DNA of 64,000 nucleotides from NCBI GenBank assembly GCA_041158505.1, contig JBEBBG010000007.1, forward strand, positions 27,879 to 91,878, read 5' to 3'. Source of the stretch: Candidatus Parcubacteria bacterium (GTDB taxonomy: Bacteria > Patescibacteriota > Minisyncoccia > Phycocordibacterales > JAACPR01). Below, piece after piece: positions 36,296-47,900 of the stretch. Under the pieces are notes generated by a model, which was not told where the DNA came from, did no database searches, and worked only from the letters and a program-made list of their open reading frames with translations. Positions within the stretch are counted from its first letter, which is position 1; each line of letters starts with the position of its first letter. Made by a program: the position numbers and the translations under genes.

Positions 36296-37402
36296 GTGAA
36301 TATCTTTTTTGCATGCGTGCACATGATACACTCACTAGTAATGAAGCGTGCGGTAACGCAAACAAAAAAATTTATCGAAACGAATAATCGTTTCATCATG
36401 CCAGCAGTACTCCTTCTCGGTTTCATTGTCGACTACTTTACCTTCAATCGTGTCGACCAACTCTTTGATAACCTTGTACTCCTCGCGTACGTCATACTTG
36501 CCGCTGGATCTCTCGTTGCACTTTACGGCACAAAAACATCTGCGCGCATTGCACGCATCGCACCTTTTACATTTCAGTATGCAATTGGAGGTCTTTTTAG
36601 TGGCCTTTTCATCTTCTACTTTCGAAGTGGCAGCATAAGTGTTAGCTTCCCTTTCCTCATTGTCCTCTTTGTGCTCATGCTGGGAAGCGATTACTTTTAC
36701 AAACGTTTTCCTAAAGCAAGCTTCCAGCTCGTTGTCTTTTACGTGGCGCTTATCTCCTACGCAAACCTTGTTGTTCCAACCTTTACGAAACACATGAGCC
36801 TGTGGACATTTGTGGGGGCAACCCTTCTTTCGGGCGCGGTCATGTATGGGTTTGTTTCATTGCTTGATCGACCACAGTCGCTGATTCGAGGCGTGCACCG
36901 CACGCAGGTTGAACGTCGCCTCATCGCGACCACTATCATTTTTGCGCTTCTGTACGTAACCAACATCATTCCTCCTATTCCGCTTTCTATGAAAGCAGGT
37001 ATCGTTGGGTATGGTATTACACGAACAAGTGATAGTGGCTACTACGTATCTGCAGAAGAAGCTCCATGGTACCTGCCTTTTAGTACGCACGGCACAACGC
37101 TGCACACGAGAGGTCCTGTGTATGCATTTACGTCAATTTTTGCTCCAACAGAACTTGAGACGACAATTATCCACGAGTGGCAACGTTTTGATGATACAGA
37201 GGGTTGGGTTACGACGAGCCGAATCCCAATGAACATTACCGGAGGACGTGAAGATGGGTTTCGTGGCTACTCCCTTTCAAACAACCTAACTCCTGGATCA
37301 TGGAGAGTTACTGTCCGAACAAGTCGAGGGCAAGTTGTCGGCCGAATTCGTTTTGAAATTAGTGAAGACCAGACACAAAAACGAACATCTGTTGTGTACT
37401 AA
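36296..37402 (+). CDS. Multi-pass membrane protein with a C-terminal DUF2914-like beta domain
   Basis: About 7 TM helices. C-terminus GWVTTSRIP...PGSWRVTVRTSRGQVVGRIRFEI. Confidence 0.45.
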   Translation: MNIFFACVHMIHSLVMKRAVTQTKKFIETNNRFIMPAVLLLGFIVDYFTFNRVDQLFDNLVLLAYVILAAGSLVALYGTKTSARIARIAPFTFQYAIGGLFSGLFIFYFRSGSISVSFPFLIVLFVLMLGSDYFYKRFPKASFQLVVFYVALISYANLVVPTFTKHMSLWTFVGATLLSGAVMYGFVSLLDRPQSLIRGVHRTQVERRLIATTIIFALLYVTNIIPPIPLSMKAGIVGYGITRTSDSGYYVSAEEAPWYLPFSTHGTTLHTRGPVYAFTSIFAPTELETTIIHEWQRFDDTEGWVTTSRIPMNITGGREDGFRGYSLSNNLTPGSWRVTVRTSRGQVVGRIRFEISEDQTQKRTSVVY

Positions 37403-37447
37403 TGGGCACGGCTTGTACTGAACCCTCACTCGTGTAAAATTGCTGGT

Positions 37448-37816
37448 ATGTCAAAACGACTCCTTTTTATCGCTAAACGCTCAGACGCTGCAACCTTCTT
37501 ACCTATCTTTGAAAAGCAGGGCCTTGAGATATTTCTAACTGAGAACTTCACCGAAGCAAAAGTAAAGGCGTTAGAGTGGCACCCTGGGGTTATTGTTTTC
37601 CTTGTCCCCGTGTACTGGGAGTCAATTGTAGATTTCGTAAAGGAAGTTCGTGCTGTTCCAGAAATGAAGAAGAGTGGAATTATTTATATTGGTAAATTAA
37701 TTGAAGGAGCTGAGCTAACGCTGCTACAGCACTACGACGTAAAAACAATGGCACTAGGACCCGTACCTCAAGAGGAGATTGCTCGTTTTATTGTCGATAT
37801 GTTTCCAAAGTGGTAG
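37448..37816 (+). CDS. Hypothetical protein (122 aa), possibly a degenerate receiver-like fold
   Basis: The ORF only. Confidence 0.35.
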   Translation: MSKRLLFIAKRSDAATFLPIFEKQGLEIFLTENFTEAKVKALEWHPGVIVFLVPVYWESIVDFVKEVRAVPEMKKSGIIYIGKLIEGAELTLLQHYDVKTMALGPVPQEEIARFIVDMFPKW

Positions 37817-37830
37817 TAATCAAGTAGTGA

Positions 37831-38073
37831 TTACTCCTTTGCACCACAACAAGAAGTACAACTTCTCGTTTGTTTGCAAACACACCCTCCTCGAACATAG
37901 GTTACGATGAGTACTAACGCCGCAAATCCAGAAAAGACAGCAAGAATGCGACTCAAAAAACCCTCCATTCCAAAAACGGAATCGATAATATTAATTTCAA
38001 ATAAACCAACGACACCTGCGTGAAGGGCCGCTACCAACACGATACCGTACGCAATTTGTATTACAATCTTCAT
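37831..38073 (-). CDS. DUF378-like small membrane protein with a Cys-rich C-terminus
   Basis: MKIVIQIAYGIVLVAALHAGVVGLFEINII resembles the DUF378 N-terminus. Confidence 0.4.
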   Translation of the reverse strand: MKIVIQIAYGIVLVAALHAGVVGLFEINIIDSVFGMEGFLSRILAVFSGFAALVLIVTYVRGGCVCKQTRSCTSCCGAKE

Positions 38074-38219
38074 ACAAAAAGTATACCACTATACACCTAG
38101 AACATCGTCAGTTTAAAACTTGATGGTGCTCGAAGATAGTTGAAGAGTCGACTTTTGCGAAGCGCCTGCTTTGCTAGTCTATTTTTGCGTGTTTGAAAGT
38201 CTTTGAACATATGCATTTC

Positions 38220-38249
38220 GTTACTCATGTAATGTATGCATACAGTGTA
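38220..38249. promoter_or_regulatory. Palindromic operator candidates upstream of lexA: GTTACTCATGTAAT and the perfect palindrome TGTATGCATACA
   Basis: Read from the sequence, 110-140 nt upstream of the lexA start. Confidence 0.3.
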
Positions 38250-38362
38250 CTTTTTGTTTGTACAGTTTGTCAACTTTTCTAGATATAAGTACATGTGGAT
38301 AAGTATTTGACTTTTTTAAGGAATCGCCTACAGTTAGGTACATATACAGTAAATAACATCGT

Positions 38363-38998
38363 ATGCACCGCATTCAAGAAAAACTTCTCCAAAGTATTGG
38401 CAGCAGCGGCTTGACCGGTATGACGCTACGCCAAATTGGAGAATTGGTTGGAGAAAAATACCCACAAAAAATTAAACATCACCTCGACCAGCTCGAGAAA
38501 CGAGGCCTCATAAAAATCGACAAGGCCACGAAGCACATTACTCGTGTTACCCGAGGTGCAGTTAAGGACACCACCCTTCTGTCTGTACCCATTGTTGGTG
38601 CGGCAAACTGCGGTCCTGCAACTATCTTTGCAACAGAAAACATTCAAGGCTACATTAAAATTTCAAAAAACATTCTTAAAAAATGTAAGAATATTTTTGC
38701 AATTCGAGCCCAAGGTTTCTCAATGAATAAAGCAATTATCGATGGAAAAACCATTGAAGACGGCGACTACCTCATTATCGATGCAGATAACAAGACTCCA
38801 CGGACTGGCGACATCGTTCTTTCGGTCATTGATGACATGGCAAACGTTAAGCGGTATATTTGGGATGAGCAAAATAACCAAGTTGTATTGGCCTCAGAAT
38901 CAACACAGCACATTCCACCGATCTTCATTCACGAAGACGACAGCTTCATGGTCAACGGAAAAGTCATTCAGGTTATCAAAGCTCCAAAGTTCGCTTAG
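38363..38998 (+). CDS. lexA: LexA-like repressor (wHTH plus S24 peptidase)
   Basis: N-terminal winged HTH. Cleavage-site-like AANCGP, catalytic Ser in GFSMNKAII, and Lys in VKRY. Confidence 0.8.
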   Translation: MHRIQEKLLQSIGSSGLTGMTLRQIGELVGEKYPQKIKHHLDQLEKRGLIKIDKATKHITRVTRGAVKDTTLLSVPIVGAANCGPATIFATENIQGYIKISKNILKKCKNIFAIRAQGFSMNKAIIDGKTIEDGDYLIIDADNKTPRTGDIVLSVIDDMANVKRYIWDEQNNQVVLASESTQHIPPIFIHEDDSFMVNGKVIQVIKAPKFA

Positions 38999-39015
38999 TA
39001 ATTTAGGAAATAGAA

Positions 39016-39432
39016 ATGAAAATTATTGATGAGTTTAAAACCTTTGCAATCAAAGGTAATGCGGTTGATTTAGCAGTTGGTGTGGTTATTGGTGCTGCGT
39101 TCGGCAATATCGTAACCTCATTTGTTGAAGACATTATTACCCCACTCCTTGGGCTCATTACTGGTGGTATTGATTTCTCAGACAAAGCGCTTATCCTCAA
39201 ACGTGCTCTTGATGGCACCGCGGCGGTAACACTTAATTATGGTGCCTTTATCACCGTTGTCATCAACTTTTTGATTGTAGCCTGGGCAATCTTTTTGGTT
39301 GTGAAAGCAATCAACAAGCTCAAAGAGCAAGGCGAAAAACCATGCGAACCATGTGAGCCAGAAAAACCTACTGTTCCATCTCCAGAAGTTGTATTATTGC
39401 AAGAAATCCGAGACTCACTTCGCTCTCGATAA
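39016..39432 (+). CDS. mscL: Large-conductance mechanosensitive channel
   Basis: [33 protein letters not shown] is a canonical MscL N-terminus. Confidence 0.9.
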   Translation: MKIIDEFKTFAIKGNAVDLAVGVVIGAAFGNIVTSFVEDIITPLLGLITGGIDFSDKALILKRALDGTAAVTLNYGAFITVVINFLIVAWAIFLVVKAINKLKEQGEKPCEPCEPEKPTVPSPEVVLLQEIRDSLRSR

Positions 39433-40380
39433 AGCTTTTTTAAAAGCTTCAACCATTGGCACGGCCTCCGGGTCGCGCTTTTTGGTTTCTGCCAATCGAA
39501 GGGAAACCCAATCGGCAATTGCGAGTGAAGCAAATGCTCGCGCGAGTGTGCTTTCCCCCTCAAGAGGTACCTGTGTAACACTGTACCCAACTTCCTCTAA
39601 CATCTCTGAGAGAACGCGCATGCGTCGCTGAATGCCTGAATGATCGTGCTCATCAGTAAGCATAATAAAGTGGTACGTTCCGTCTCCAGCACCAAACCCC
39701 TGCATTTCATTGTGATTTGCCTCTGGCAATACGTTATAAAAAGCTGGTATTTTACCTGTTTCATTAAGCTTAATTTTCCAGGTATACGCCAACGCCACAT
39801 TTTTAACTGAGGCGTATATCACAGGTGTTGCATTTCCAATCGCTGTTGCGATTTCCTCACCGCGCGCTTGGTACGTTTCGGCTCGAAACGTCTCACCAAG
39901 AACATGCATATCTCCAACACAAACTGGTTCATGGACCGCTGTTGCAAGGGCGATAAGCATATACCCTAATGCAGCCCTCGGCTGTACGCCGGTGCTTGGC
40001 AAAATAATATGCGGCACATGCTGTTTTTGCGCAAAAGCAAGTAGTGCACCGCCCGTTGTGATAATGAGAAGCGGCAAATGTCGATCGAGTGCGGCCTCAG
40101 CAAATGAGATAGTTTCTTCGGTGTTTCCAGAATACGAACACGCAATATGAAGACTTGATTCGAGAAACTCCTCATCGTATGGCGGCAGATCATATGAGCG
40201 GTGCACGTACACATTGACTCCTTGTTTCCAAAGCTTAAGCAGACCTGCCGCAAGATGAGACCCGCCCATACCACCTAGTATGTACTGCTTGTATGGACCG
40301 TGGAGACCATCGGCATGTACGATCTCCGGAACGTATGAAAATTGCTCATGTGTTCGACGTACGGCTTCTTGCATGCTCAT
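39415..40380 (-). CDS. Bifunctional phosphoglucose/phosphomannose isomerase (SIS domain, PGI/PMI family)
   Basis: SIS-domain pattern and the size of archaeal-type PGI/PMI. Confidence 0.7.
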   Translation of the reverse strand: MSMQEAVRRTHEQFSYVPEIVHADGLHGPYKQYILGGMGGSHLAAGLLKLWKQGVNVYVHRSYDLPPYDEEFLESSLHIACSYSGNTEETISFAEAALDRHLPLLIITTGGALLAFAQKQHVPHIILPSTGVQPRAALGYMLIALATAVHEPVCVGDMHVLGETFRAETYQARGEEIATAIGNATPVIYASVKNVALAYTWKIKLNETGKIPAFYNVLPEANHNEMQGFGAGDGTYHFIMLTDEHDHSGIQRRMRVLSEMLEEVGYSVTQVPLEGESTLARAFASLAIADWVSLRLAETKKRDPEAVPMVEAFKKALSRAK

Positions 40381-40392
40381 AGTGATGATTTA

Positions 40393-41025
40393 TTAGGCTA
40401 GTGTTCTTAGTATAGCTCGGACTGGTCCACCCTCAACGTTAAGCAAACGTAGAGGTAGACAAATAAGTTCGTACTGCCCCGCCGCAACATCCTTAAGGCA
40501 AAGACCTTCAATAACAGGAATGCCTTGAGCAAGGAGCGAGGTGTGTGCACGATTATCAGGAGAACCACGCTGCTTGATTGAGAGATAATCAATACCAAAA
40601 AGTGTAATACCTGCGCTAGCGAGTATATCTGCAGCATCCCCAGAAAGTGCCACGAAGTCTTCAAGAAAGACATCCATGCCTCGTGCACTATTTGAAGTTT
40701 TTACCAAGACACGTTCACCAGCGGCAACAGAACCAATATCATCAACAGTAACGAGTTCGCCCGGCCCTCGATGACTAGCATCAATGACTCTACATGGACC
40801 CACAAAGCGCTCCAGAGGGATTGAATCGAGATCAGCAGCACCAGGAAAGACATGTAGTGGTGCATCAACGTGTGTTGCTGTATGCGTTCCAAAACTTACC
40901 AACGACAAGTTGCTCGATGCGCCATCGGCAATTGATGCATAAGGTGTGATATGTACAGGGGCATTTTTTGGGTACACAATCATACCGTCGTGGACACCGT
41001 ACGAAATATCAATAATTTTTTGCAT
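40393..41025 (-). CDS. Cyclase family protein (kynurenine formamidase-like)
   Basis: Contains GTHTATHVDAPLH (HxGTHxDAPxH motif). Confidence 0.7.
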   Translation of the reverse strand: MQKIIDISYGVHDGMIVYPKNAPVHITPYASIADGASSNLSLVSFGTHTATHVDAPLHVFPGAADLDSIPLERFVGPCRVIDASHRGPGELVTVDDIGSVAAGERVLVKTSNSARGMDVFLEDFVALSGDAADILASAGITLFGIDYLSIKQRGSPDNRAHTSLLAQGIPVIEGLCLKDVAAGQYELICLPLRLLNVEGGPVRAILRTLA

Positions 41026-41031
41026 AGTAGT

Positions 41032-41946
41032 TTACTTTTTAGGCGTGACAGCTACATCATGCCCTCCAAACTGATTTCGAAGCGCTGAAACAACCTGTCC
41101 CGTGTAGGATGGATTAGTTTGTGATGCTTCTCGAAACGCAAGTGAGCCCTCGATGATTGGAACAGGAACACCAGTACGTTTTGCGGCCTCAACAGTCCAA
41201 AGACCTTCCCCGGAGTGAGACACTTTTCCTGAAATACCTGGAAGGTCGGGCCCATGCGCAGTAAATGCTTTGTGGAGCCACCCCACCAATCGAGATTCAA
41301 TAACTGAGCCTGTATTGTAGACACGCGCAACTTCAGTCAGATCAATTGAAAATTCAGGAGCTCGGCGCAACACTTCAAACCCCTCACCAATCGCCTGCAT
41401 CATGCCGTACTCAATACCGTTGTGTACCATTTTGACAAAATGACCGGCTCCATGGCCTCCCATGTATCCGTACCCGCCTGGAATGCTGCAATCCTTGAAC
41501 AGGGCTTCACACTGCTCGAAATCAGCACGTTCACCGCCAATCATCATGCACGCGCCATGACGAGCCCCAGAAGGGCCTCCAGAGACACCCACATCTAGAA
41601 ACCGAAGTCCTGCGGCGCGCAGTCGCTCAGCCCGCTTGATTGTCTCGAGGTACGGAGAGTTTCCTCCATCGATAACGAGATCACCTGCAGTTAGTAGTGG
41701 TAGTAACTCATCAAGAACACCATCAACAGACTGCCATGGCACCATAAGCCAAATGACGCGCGGTGCCGGCAAGGCCTCCACGAGCTCGGCGTACGACAGT
41801 GCCGGCACCGCGCCAAGCGCCGCCGCACGCTCAACGGGTTCCTTACTTCTATTGGTCGCCACTACCGCATAGCCGCGTTCAAGCAGCTGCTCAACCATTC
41901 CCATCCCCATTTTTCCAAGTCCAACGTATCCAAGTTTCATATACAC
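41032..41946 (-). CDS. gnd: 6-phosphogluconate dehydrogenase, short (NAD-binding, ~300 aa) form
   Basis: Rossmann N-terminus MKLGYVGLGKMGMGM and the 6PGDH C-terminal pattern. Confidence 0.8.
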   Translation of the reverse strand: MYMKLGYVGLGKMGMGMVEQLLERGYAVVATNRSKEPVERAAALGAVPALSYAELVEALPAPRVIWLMVPWQSVDGVLDELLPLLTAGDLVIDGGNSPYLETIKRAERLRAAGLRFLDVGVSGGPSGARHGACMMIGGERADFEQCEALFKDCSIPGGYGYMGGHGAGHFVKMVHNGIEYGMMQAIGEGFEVLRRAPEFSIDLTEVARVYNTGSVIESRLVGWLHKAFTAHGPDLPGISGKVSHSGEGLWTVEAAKRTGVPVPIIEGSLAFREASQTNPSYTGQVVSALRNQFGGHDVAVTPKK

Positions 41947-43328
41947 TACATACTACCGTTAATCGTACCCGCCTGCACCCCTTGCTCGTACGTGATCAAT
42001 GGCAGCATGTGCCATTGTGCGAGGATTGGCATAATAAGCGCCCACTGGGCATGCACCTCCGCGGTCGAAATGAAAAGTGTCTGATCGCCACGTAGCGCGT
42101 CAAAGAGTACTCGTTCGTAAGCATCAGGTAATCGTTCAACCTCAAGTGGGTACGCAAAGGAGAGTTGCCGTGTCTCTACCTCACTTGCAAAACCGGGCCG
42201 TTTTACAAAGAACGAGATACTAATACCTTCATTTGGTTGCACCATAAACGTAATGACATTGCGCAAATCAGGGGCACCAGGACGAGGACGGAAAGTAACA
42301 GTAATACGTGCCGCAGTTTCTGCCAGTGCCTTACCACTCTCAAGTGTAAACGTTGTTCCTTTCCAGCGCGGCGTTTGTATTGCCACATTGATACGAAAAA
42401 AAGTTTCTGTTACTGATTCCGCATCGACTCCAGGCTCATCACGGTACCCTGCATACTGCCCACGGATAACAGAAGTGTCGAGCGAACCTTCGAGCACTGC
42501 GTGCTCAAGTGCTGCGGCACGTGCAGCGCGAACGGTCTGCGCATCCATAACAAGCGGATCCTCCATGGCAATCAGAGCGAGCATCTGCAAAATATGATTT
42601 TGCCCCACGTCGCGCAGCGCACCAAGCCCATCATAGAAATGCGCACGTTTCTTGATACCAAATGATTCATAGAGTGCGATGTGTACATGTTCAATATGTT
42701 CACTATTCCACAAAGGTTCGAAGAGAGCGTTTTTGAAACGAAACGCCAAAATATTCTGCAGCGTTTCTTTTGCCAGGTAGTGATCGATTCGAAAAACCTG
42801 ATCTTCATGAAAGAGCGTTCCTAGTCGCGCGTCCAAGTACGCTGCATGTTCCGCATCATCACCGAATGGTTTTTCAACTAATACTCGTGTCCATGCCTGA
42901 CTGTCTCCATGTTCCCTACATGGCATGGTCAACCCCGCAGCTGCAATATTTGTAAACACATCATCATAGAGCGCAGGTGGTACCGCCAGGTAAAAAAGTT
43001 TACTACTACAACCACCACGATCAGTGTCGAGCTGATGCAAGTACGCAGCAAGCTCATCGTAAGAAGCTTTATTCGTTAAATCTCCTTGAAAATATGCTCC
43101 TGAGGCAATAAATGATGCAGGCGCCTGAATATCCTTAGCCGCAACAGAACGTTCTATAAACGCTTGGTACTCGGCATCGCTAAGCGGTTTTCGAGAGAAT
43201 CCAACAATACGAACATCACGTGGCAAACAATCCCGCAGCGCCATATCGGCAAGTGCGGGCAAGAGTTTAAGCTCAGCCAAATCGCCTGTACCTCCAAAAA
43301 TAATAATGGTAACGGGTTGCTGTTCCAT
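41946..43328 (-). CDS. zwf: Glucose-6-phosphate dehydrogenase
   Basis: IIIFGGTGDLA, RIDHYLAKE, and the size. Confidence 0.9.
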   Translation of the reverse strand: MEQQPVTIIIFGGTGDLAELKLLPALADMALRDCLPRDVRIVGFSRKPLSDAEYQAFIERSVAAKDIQAPASFIASGAYFQGDLTNKASYDELAAYLHQLDTDRGGCSSKLFYLAVPPALYDDVFTNIAAAGLTMPCREHGDSQAWTRVLVEKPFGDDAEHAAYLDARLGTLFHEDQVFRIDHYLAKETLQNILAFRFKNALFEPLWNSEHIEHVHIALYESFGIKKRAHFYDGLGALRDVGQNHILQMLALIAMEDPLVMDAQTVRAARAAALEHAVLEGSLDTSVIRGQYAGYRDEPGVDAESVTETFFRINVAIQTPRWKGTTFTLESGKALAETAARITVTFRPRPGAPDLRNVITFMVQPNEGISISFFVKRPGFASEVETRQLSFAYPLEVERLPDAYERVLFDALRGDQTLFISTAEVHAQWALIMPILAQWHMLPLITYEQGVQAGTINGSM

Positions 43329-43333
43329 AGACG

Positions 43334-44191
43334 TTACGAGCCACTTCGAATTTCGTGCTCGAGCGCTTTAATTTTTTGTTCAAGCTGCTCTCGATCATGT
43401 TCAAGAGATGGGATACTCTTTTCTGCTCCCTCATGTCGCGTCTCGCTACGAGCAACAACGTCGCGAGCTTCTTTTGCTTGGTGTTCTTCACGAGTTAATG
43501 AAGCTTTAAGCTGTCGAATGGCACTCTCATGCTCATCACGCTCACTCATAAGCTGTCTCAGAGAAGACTCATGCTGTTCCAACTCTTTAAGCATCGCTCG
43601 TGTCTCAGCCTCAGTTTGCGCTTGCGTGCGCTCTTGTGATGTCACTTCTGTCATAATACGGGACCGCTGAGCTTCAATTGCATGCAGGGCACGTTCAGCC
43701 TGAGAAAGTTCTGCGAGCAGCTGCCGATGCCTTGTTTCTGCAGCATGAGCGTCAGTATCAAGCTGACGTAGACGATCTTTTAGTTGTGTGAGTTGACGAG
43801 CAACATCAGACCCAGCATCGCGGGAACGAAGCGATTTCAAGCGAGCCACAAAGCCTTCTTCTTTGCCAAGTGCGAGCATGATGCGCTTATGCTCACCAAC
43901 CGCCTCGTTAAGCTTTGCTGTTAAATCAAGCACCGCTCGCTGCTCGTGCTCAAGCGCAATTCGGCCCTGTGACTGCGTTGACTTAGTACGGCGCTCTGTA
44001 ATTTGTAGACGCTGTATTTCGCGTTCAATGACAGACAAGCGTGAGCGCAACGCATTGAGCTCACGTGTAGCAACCGCCTTTCGGAGTGTCGCCTCTCGTT
44101 CCTCTTGCTTCTTTTTCTTCAGCGCAAGCGTTTGCAAGGCTCGGGGATCGATACCTCGTTTCGCTGCTGCATCATCTAGAAAACCAGCCAT
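43334..44191 (-). CDS. Hypothetical coiled-coil protein
   Basis: Charged heptad-like sequence throughout. Confidence 0.45.
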   Translation of the reverse strand: MAGFLDDAAAKRGIDPRALQTLALKKKKQEEREATLRKAVATRELNALRSRLSVIEREIQRLQITERRTKSTQSQGRIALEHEQRAVLDLTAKLNEAVGEHKRIMLALGKEEGFVARLKSLRSRDAGSDVARQLTQLKDRLRQLDTDAHAAETRHRQLLAELSQAERALHAIEAQRSRIMTEVTSQERTQAQTEAETRAMLKELEQHESSLRQLMSERDEHESAIRQLKASLTREEHQAKEARDVVARSETRHEGAEKSIPSLEHDREQLEQKIKALEHEIRSGS

Positions 44192-44197
44192 AGGACC

Positions 44198-44956
44198 TTA
44201 TTCTACCACAAGCCCTTCACGGACCGCCCGAGCGTTGACGAATGAGCAATACTCACACGTATCACTTGGGCGCGGCAGCGTGGCACTATCGAGCGTCTCT
44301 TTAATCTTAAAAATAGTATCCTCTACCCACACTGGATCTCCATCGTATGGAATAAGCGTTACCTCAAATTCGAGTCTGCCATCAAAGGCGGCCGCATCAG
44401 TCTTACCGTTTGCGTACACAAAATACCCCGTGCTTGCAACACTAAATCCAAGCTTTCGCAAAAGCCACTGGTACACCTCCATTTGACGCTTGTACCCCTC
44501 TTTCCATTTATCATCAAGAGAAATTTCACCCTCTTTACTCGTCGATTTGTAATCGACAACGAGTAACTCACCTTTTGGTGTCACCCAAATATCATCAACT
44601 GCTCCGGAAATAATCATGCCCGTACCATCATGTACGTACTGCACGCCTTCAAAGTTTTCGCGCCACGTATCCAGCTGCGGGTGTTGGAATGGAACCGCGT
44701 CCACTCCGTACGCCTGCATGAGTGGATGTGCCGTACCAGCCACACGATGCGTATCGAACTCTTTCTTAAAGAGTGTGTCAACCGCAGTATTAAGTAAGAA
44801 TGAGGGAAACTGAGGTCGCTTAACACCAAGCTTATTATCGAGGTAGAAGCAGCGAGGACACTCAACAAAAAGGTCGATTTTTGAACGCGATAATTTCCAA
44901 TTTGGGCCACCGTAGTTCCATCTACGGTCTCGTGGTTTTTGGGTTGGGTGTAGCAT
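44198..44956 (-). CDS. PD-(D/E)xK nuclease superfamily protein (Cas4/RecB-like fold) with a C-terminal Cys cluster
   Basis: DDIWVTP...VVDYKST, then CEYC. Confidence 0.55.
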   Translation of the reverse strand: MLHPTQKPRDRRWNYGGPNWKLSRSKIDLFVECPRCFYLDNKLGVKRPQFPSFLLNTAVDTLFKKEFDTHRVAGTAHPLMQAYGVDAVPFQHPQLDTWRENFEGVQYVHDGTGMIISGAVDDIWVTPKGELLVVDYKSTSKEGEISLDDKWKEGYKRQMEVYQWLLRKLGFSVASTGYFVYANGKTDAAAFDGRLEFEVTLIPYDGDPVWVEDTIFKIKETLDSATLPRPSDTCEYCSFVNARAVREGLVVE

Positions 44957-44979
44957 ACGGTAGTTAGTCTACCACGTGC

Positions 44980-47900
44980 CTACTCGGTCGTCCTCCCTCC
45001 CTTACCTGGCCATCGCATATAGAGCATTGGCACCAAAAGCAGTGTTACAACAACCGCAAAGGTTAGTCCGAACATAATGGCGTACGCCAGTGGTGACCAT
45101 AAATCAGAAGCAAACGTAAGGGGAACCATACCAATAATAGTAGTAAGTGATGTTAAGAGAATCGGGCGCAATCGACTAACTGCTCCTTCAAGCACAATGT
45201 CACGCATCCTCCAGTCTGGATTATCAATGCGAAGCTTGTTCATTCGATCAATGAGAATAATTGAATTGTTTACGACAATTCCAGAGAGCGCGATAAATCC
45301 CATGAGTGACGGGAACGAGAGCGCTTTACCAGAGAGCGCAAGTCCAGCAAACACACCAATGAGCGATAGCGGCACAATCGCGATGATGTACCACATCTGT
45401 CTAAATGAAGCGAACTGCAGTACCAAGATGGCCGCGATTGCAATTAATCCCACGACAAGTGATAGCGCCATTTCTTTAAATGCCTGTGTAGACTCTTCTG
45501 TCTCGCCACCAATCTCCATAGTTACACCCTGCGGCAATTCGACCGCCTCCATTCGTTCAAGAAATCCTGCGGTTACTTCTCCTACGGTACTACCTGGTGC
45601 AACGTCAGCGGTAACATTACTGATTCGTTGACCATCTTCGTGCTGAATACTCTGCACACCCCGTCCAACAGTTGATGTAACGAGTGACCCCATCAGCACT
45701 GGACCTTGTGGTGTGCTGACCTGCAACGCCTTAACCGCGTCGAGGGTTGCTTGGTTTGTTGTCTCTGGTGTCGTGAACTGCTGATTAACATCGAGCTTTA
45801 CAATCACATCGATATCTTCTCCATTCGCTTTAATACTTGTTGCTTCTGTACCAAAGAGTGCCGTACGAAGCGTAAATGCAATACTTGCAGCATCAAGTCC
45901 AACCTGACTTGCGCGCGCACGATCAACAGAAAGCTGAAACTCCGAGGTGTCGCTCTTATTACTTGTATCAACTGATATCGCTCCAGGCGTTTCTTTGAGC
46001 ACTTCTGCTGCCTGGTTTGCGACAAGTGCGAGCGTATCGAGATCGTCACCAAGAAACTTTATGGCAATCGGCTTCCCTGTCGCTGGCCCATTATTTGGCT
46101 GCGACGCACGGACATCAGCCGTTGCGATTGGTGCAAGGTCTGCTTGCAGACGTGCCAAAATCTCACTTGATGTCTCTTCTCTATCCTTACGGAGAACGAG
46201 CGTCACATTTGCCAACTTTTCATTAAGACCTCCGCCAGCGCCAAACTGACTACCTCGACCTACCTCAACCAAGAATGACTCAACCTCGGGATAGGTCAAT
46301 ACAATTTCTTCAACCTGCCGGGCAACTAAATCTGTCTCTGCGAGCACAACACCTTCAGCGCGTTCAATTTCAATAAAGAGAAAATCGATATCTTCTTGAT
46401 CAAAAAAGATTACTTTAATTGCACCCGTAAAAGGAAGTACCAACGCAAGAATAAAAGCAACCACCATGCCCCACATAAATCGCTTTTGCGATTGAGTGTT
46501 ATCAAGGAAATTCCCAAGTAAGTCTCTGTACCAGCGCTCAAAACGGTTCATGTAGACTTCTTGCTTAGTCTCAATGGCGTTCTCCGGGCGTGCTTTGAGG
46601 AAGACCGCGGACACGAGAGGAACAAAACCGAGTGCCACAATCAACGATGCGAGCAGTACAAAGATAATCGTAAACGGAATACCTGAAATAAATTGTCCCG
46701 AGACACCACTAACCAAGAAGAGTGGTGCAAACACAGCAATTGTAGTAAGTGTGCCTGTAGTAATTGGATAATGGAATTCCTTGATTGTTTCGAGAGCAGC
46801 AGCTTCGTTTGATGATGCCGTACGGAGTTTTGCGTGCACTGCTTCAGTTACCACAATTGCCGCATCCACGAGCACGCCCACCGACAAAATCAGTGAGAAC
46901 AGTGAGATAAAGTTGATGGTATTTCCAGAGTAGTAGAGACCGATGAAGGCAATCAAAAATGAAATTGGAATTGAAAGTCCAGCAATGACAGCTTCTCGCC
47001 ACCCAAGGGCAAGAAAGAGCACGAGCATGACGAGGGCAACCGTTTGCAGCGCGCTTGAAGACAAATTACGCAAATCCTCTTTAATAAACTCTCCGTTATC
47101 GAAGGTGATCAGGTATGGAGTATCACTCAGCAAACTACCCTCAAGCTCAGTGAGGTGTGCTCGTACTGCATCTGAAATACGCGTCACGTCGCCTCCTCCT
47201 TGTTTAAAAATAGACAATGAAACTGCTGGCTCTGATGGAACACCGTCAATCGAAACGCGCGCGTACGTACTTACCGGACTTGTACCATCCGCAACGAGCG
47301 CAATGTCTCGAATATACACTGGCTGCCCACCGCGAGTAGTCACCGTGATATTGGCGAGCTCCTGCGGGTCAGTAATAGCACCTTGAAACGCCACGTTATA
47401 CTGCGTACCCGAAAGTTCAATCGAACCAGCTGGAAGTGAGCTGTTGGCTGCCTGTACCGCACGCACAACATCCGTGATACCGATACCAAAAGCCAGAAGC
47501 GCTTCTTGATTAACAATGATTTGTGCCTCTCGTGTAGGCACACCACTAATTGAAATCTTTGATACTCCCGGGACCTTTAGAAGCTCAGATTCGACATCTT
47601 CTGTCAGCGCAATCAGTGATGTAACTGGCAAATCAGAAACCAGTGAAACTGTCATGATTGGTTGATCAATAAAGTTTACGTCTGTCACCAAAGGATCCTG
47701 AGCATCGCTTGGTAAATCTCCTTTGATCTTATCGATCTCATCTTTAACATCTTGCAACGACTGATCAATATCAGCCCGAGCATCGAACTCAACCGTCACT
47801 GATGAAATACTCTCGCGCGATACCGATGTCACCCGCTTCACATCATCGAGCGTACCTTCAAGCGCCGTTTCAATTTCATTGGTGATGAGCTCTTCAACGT

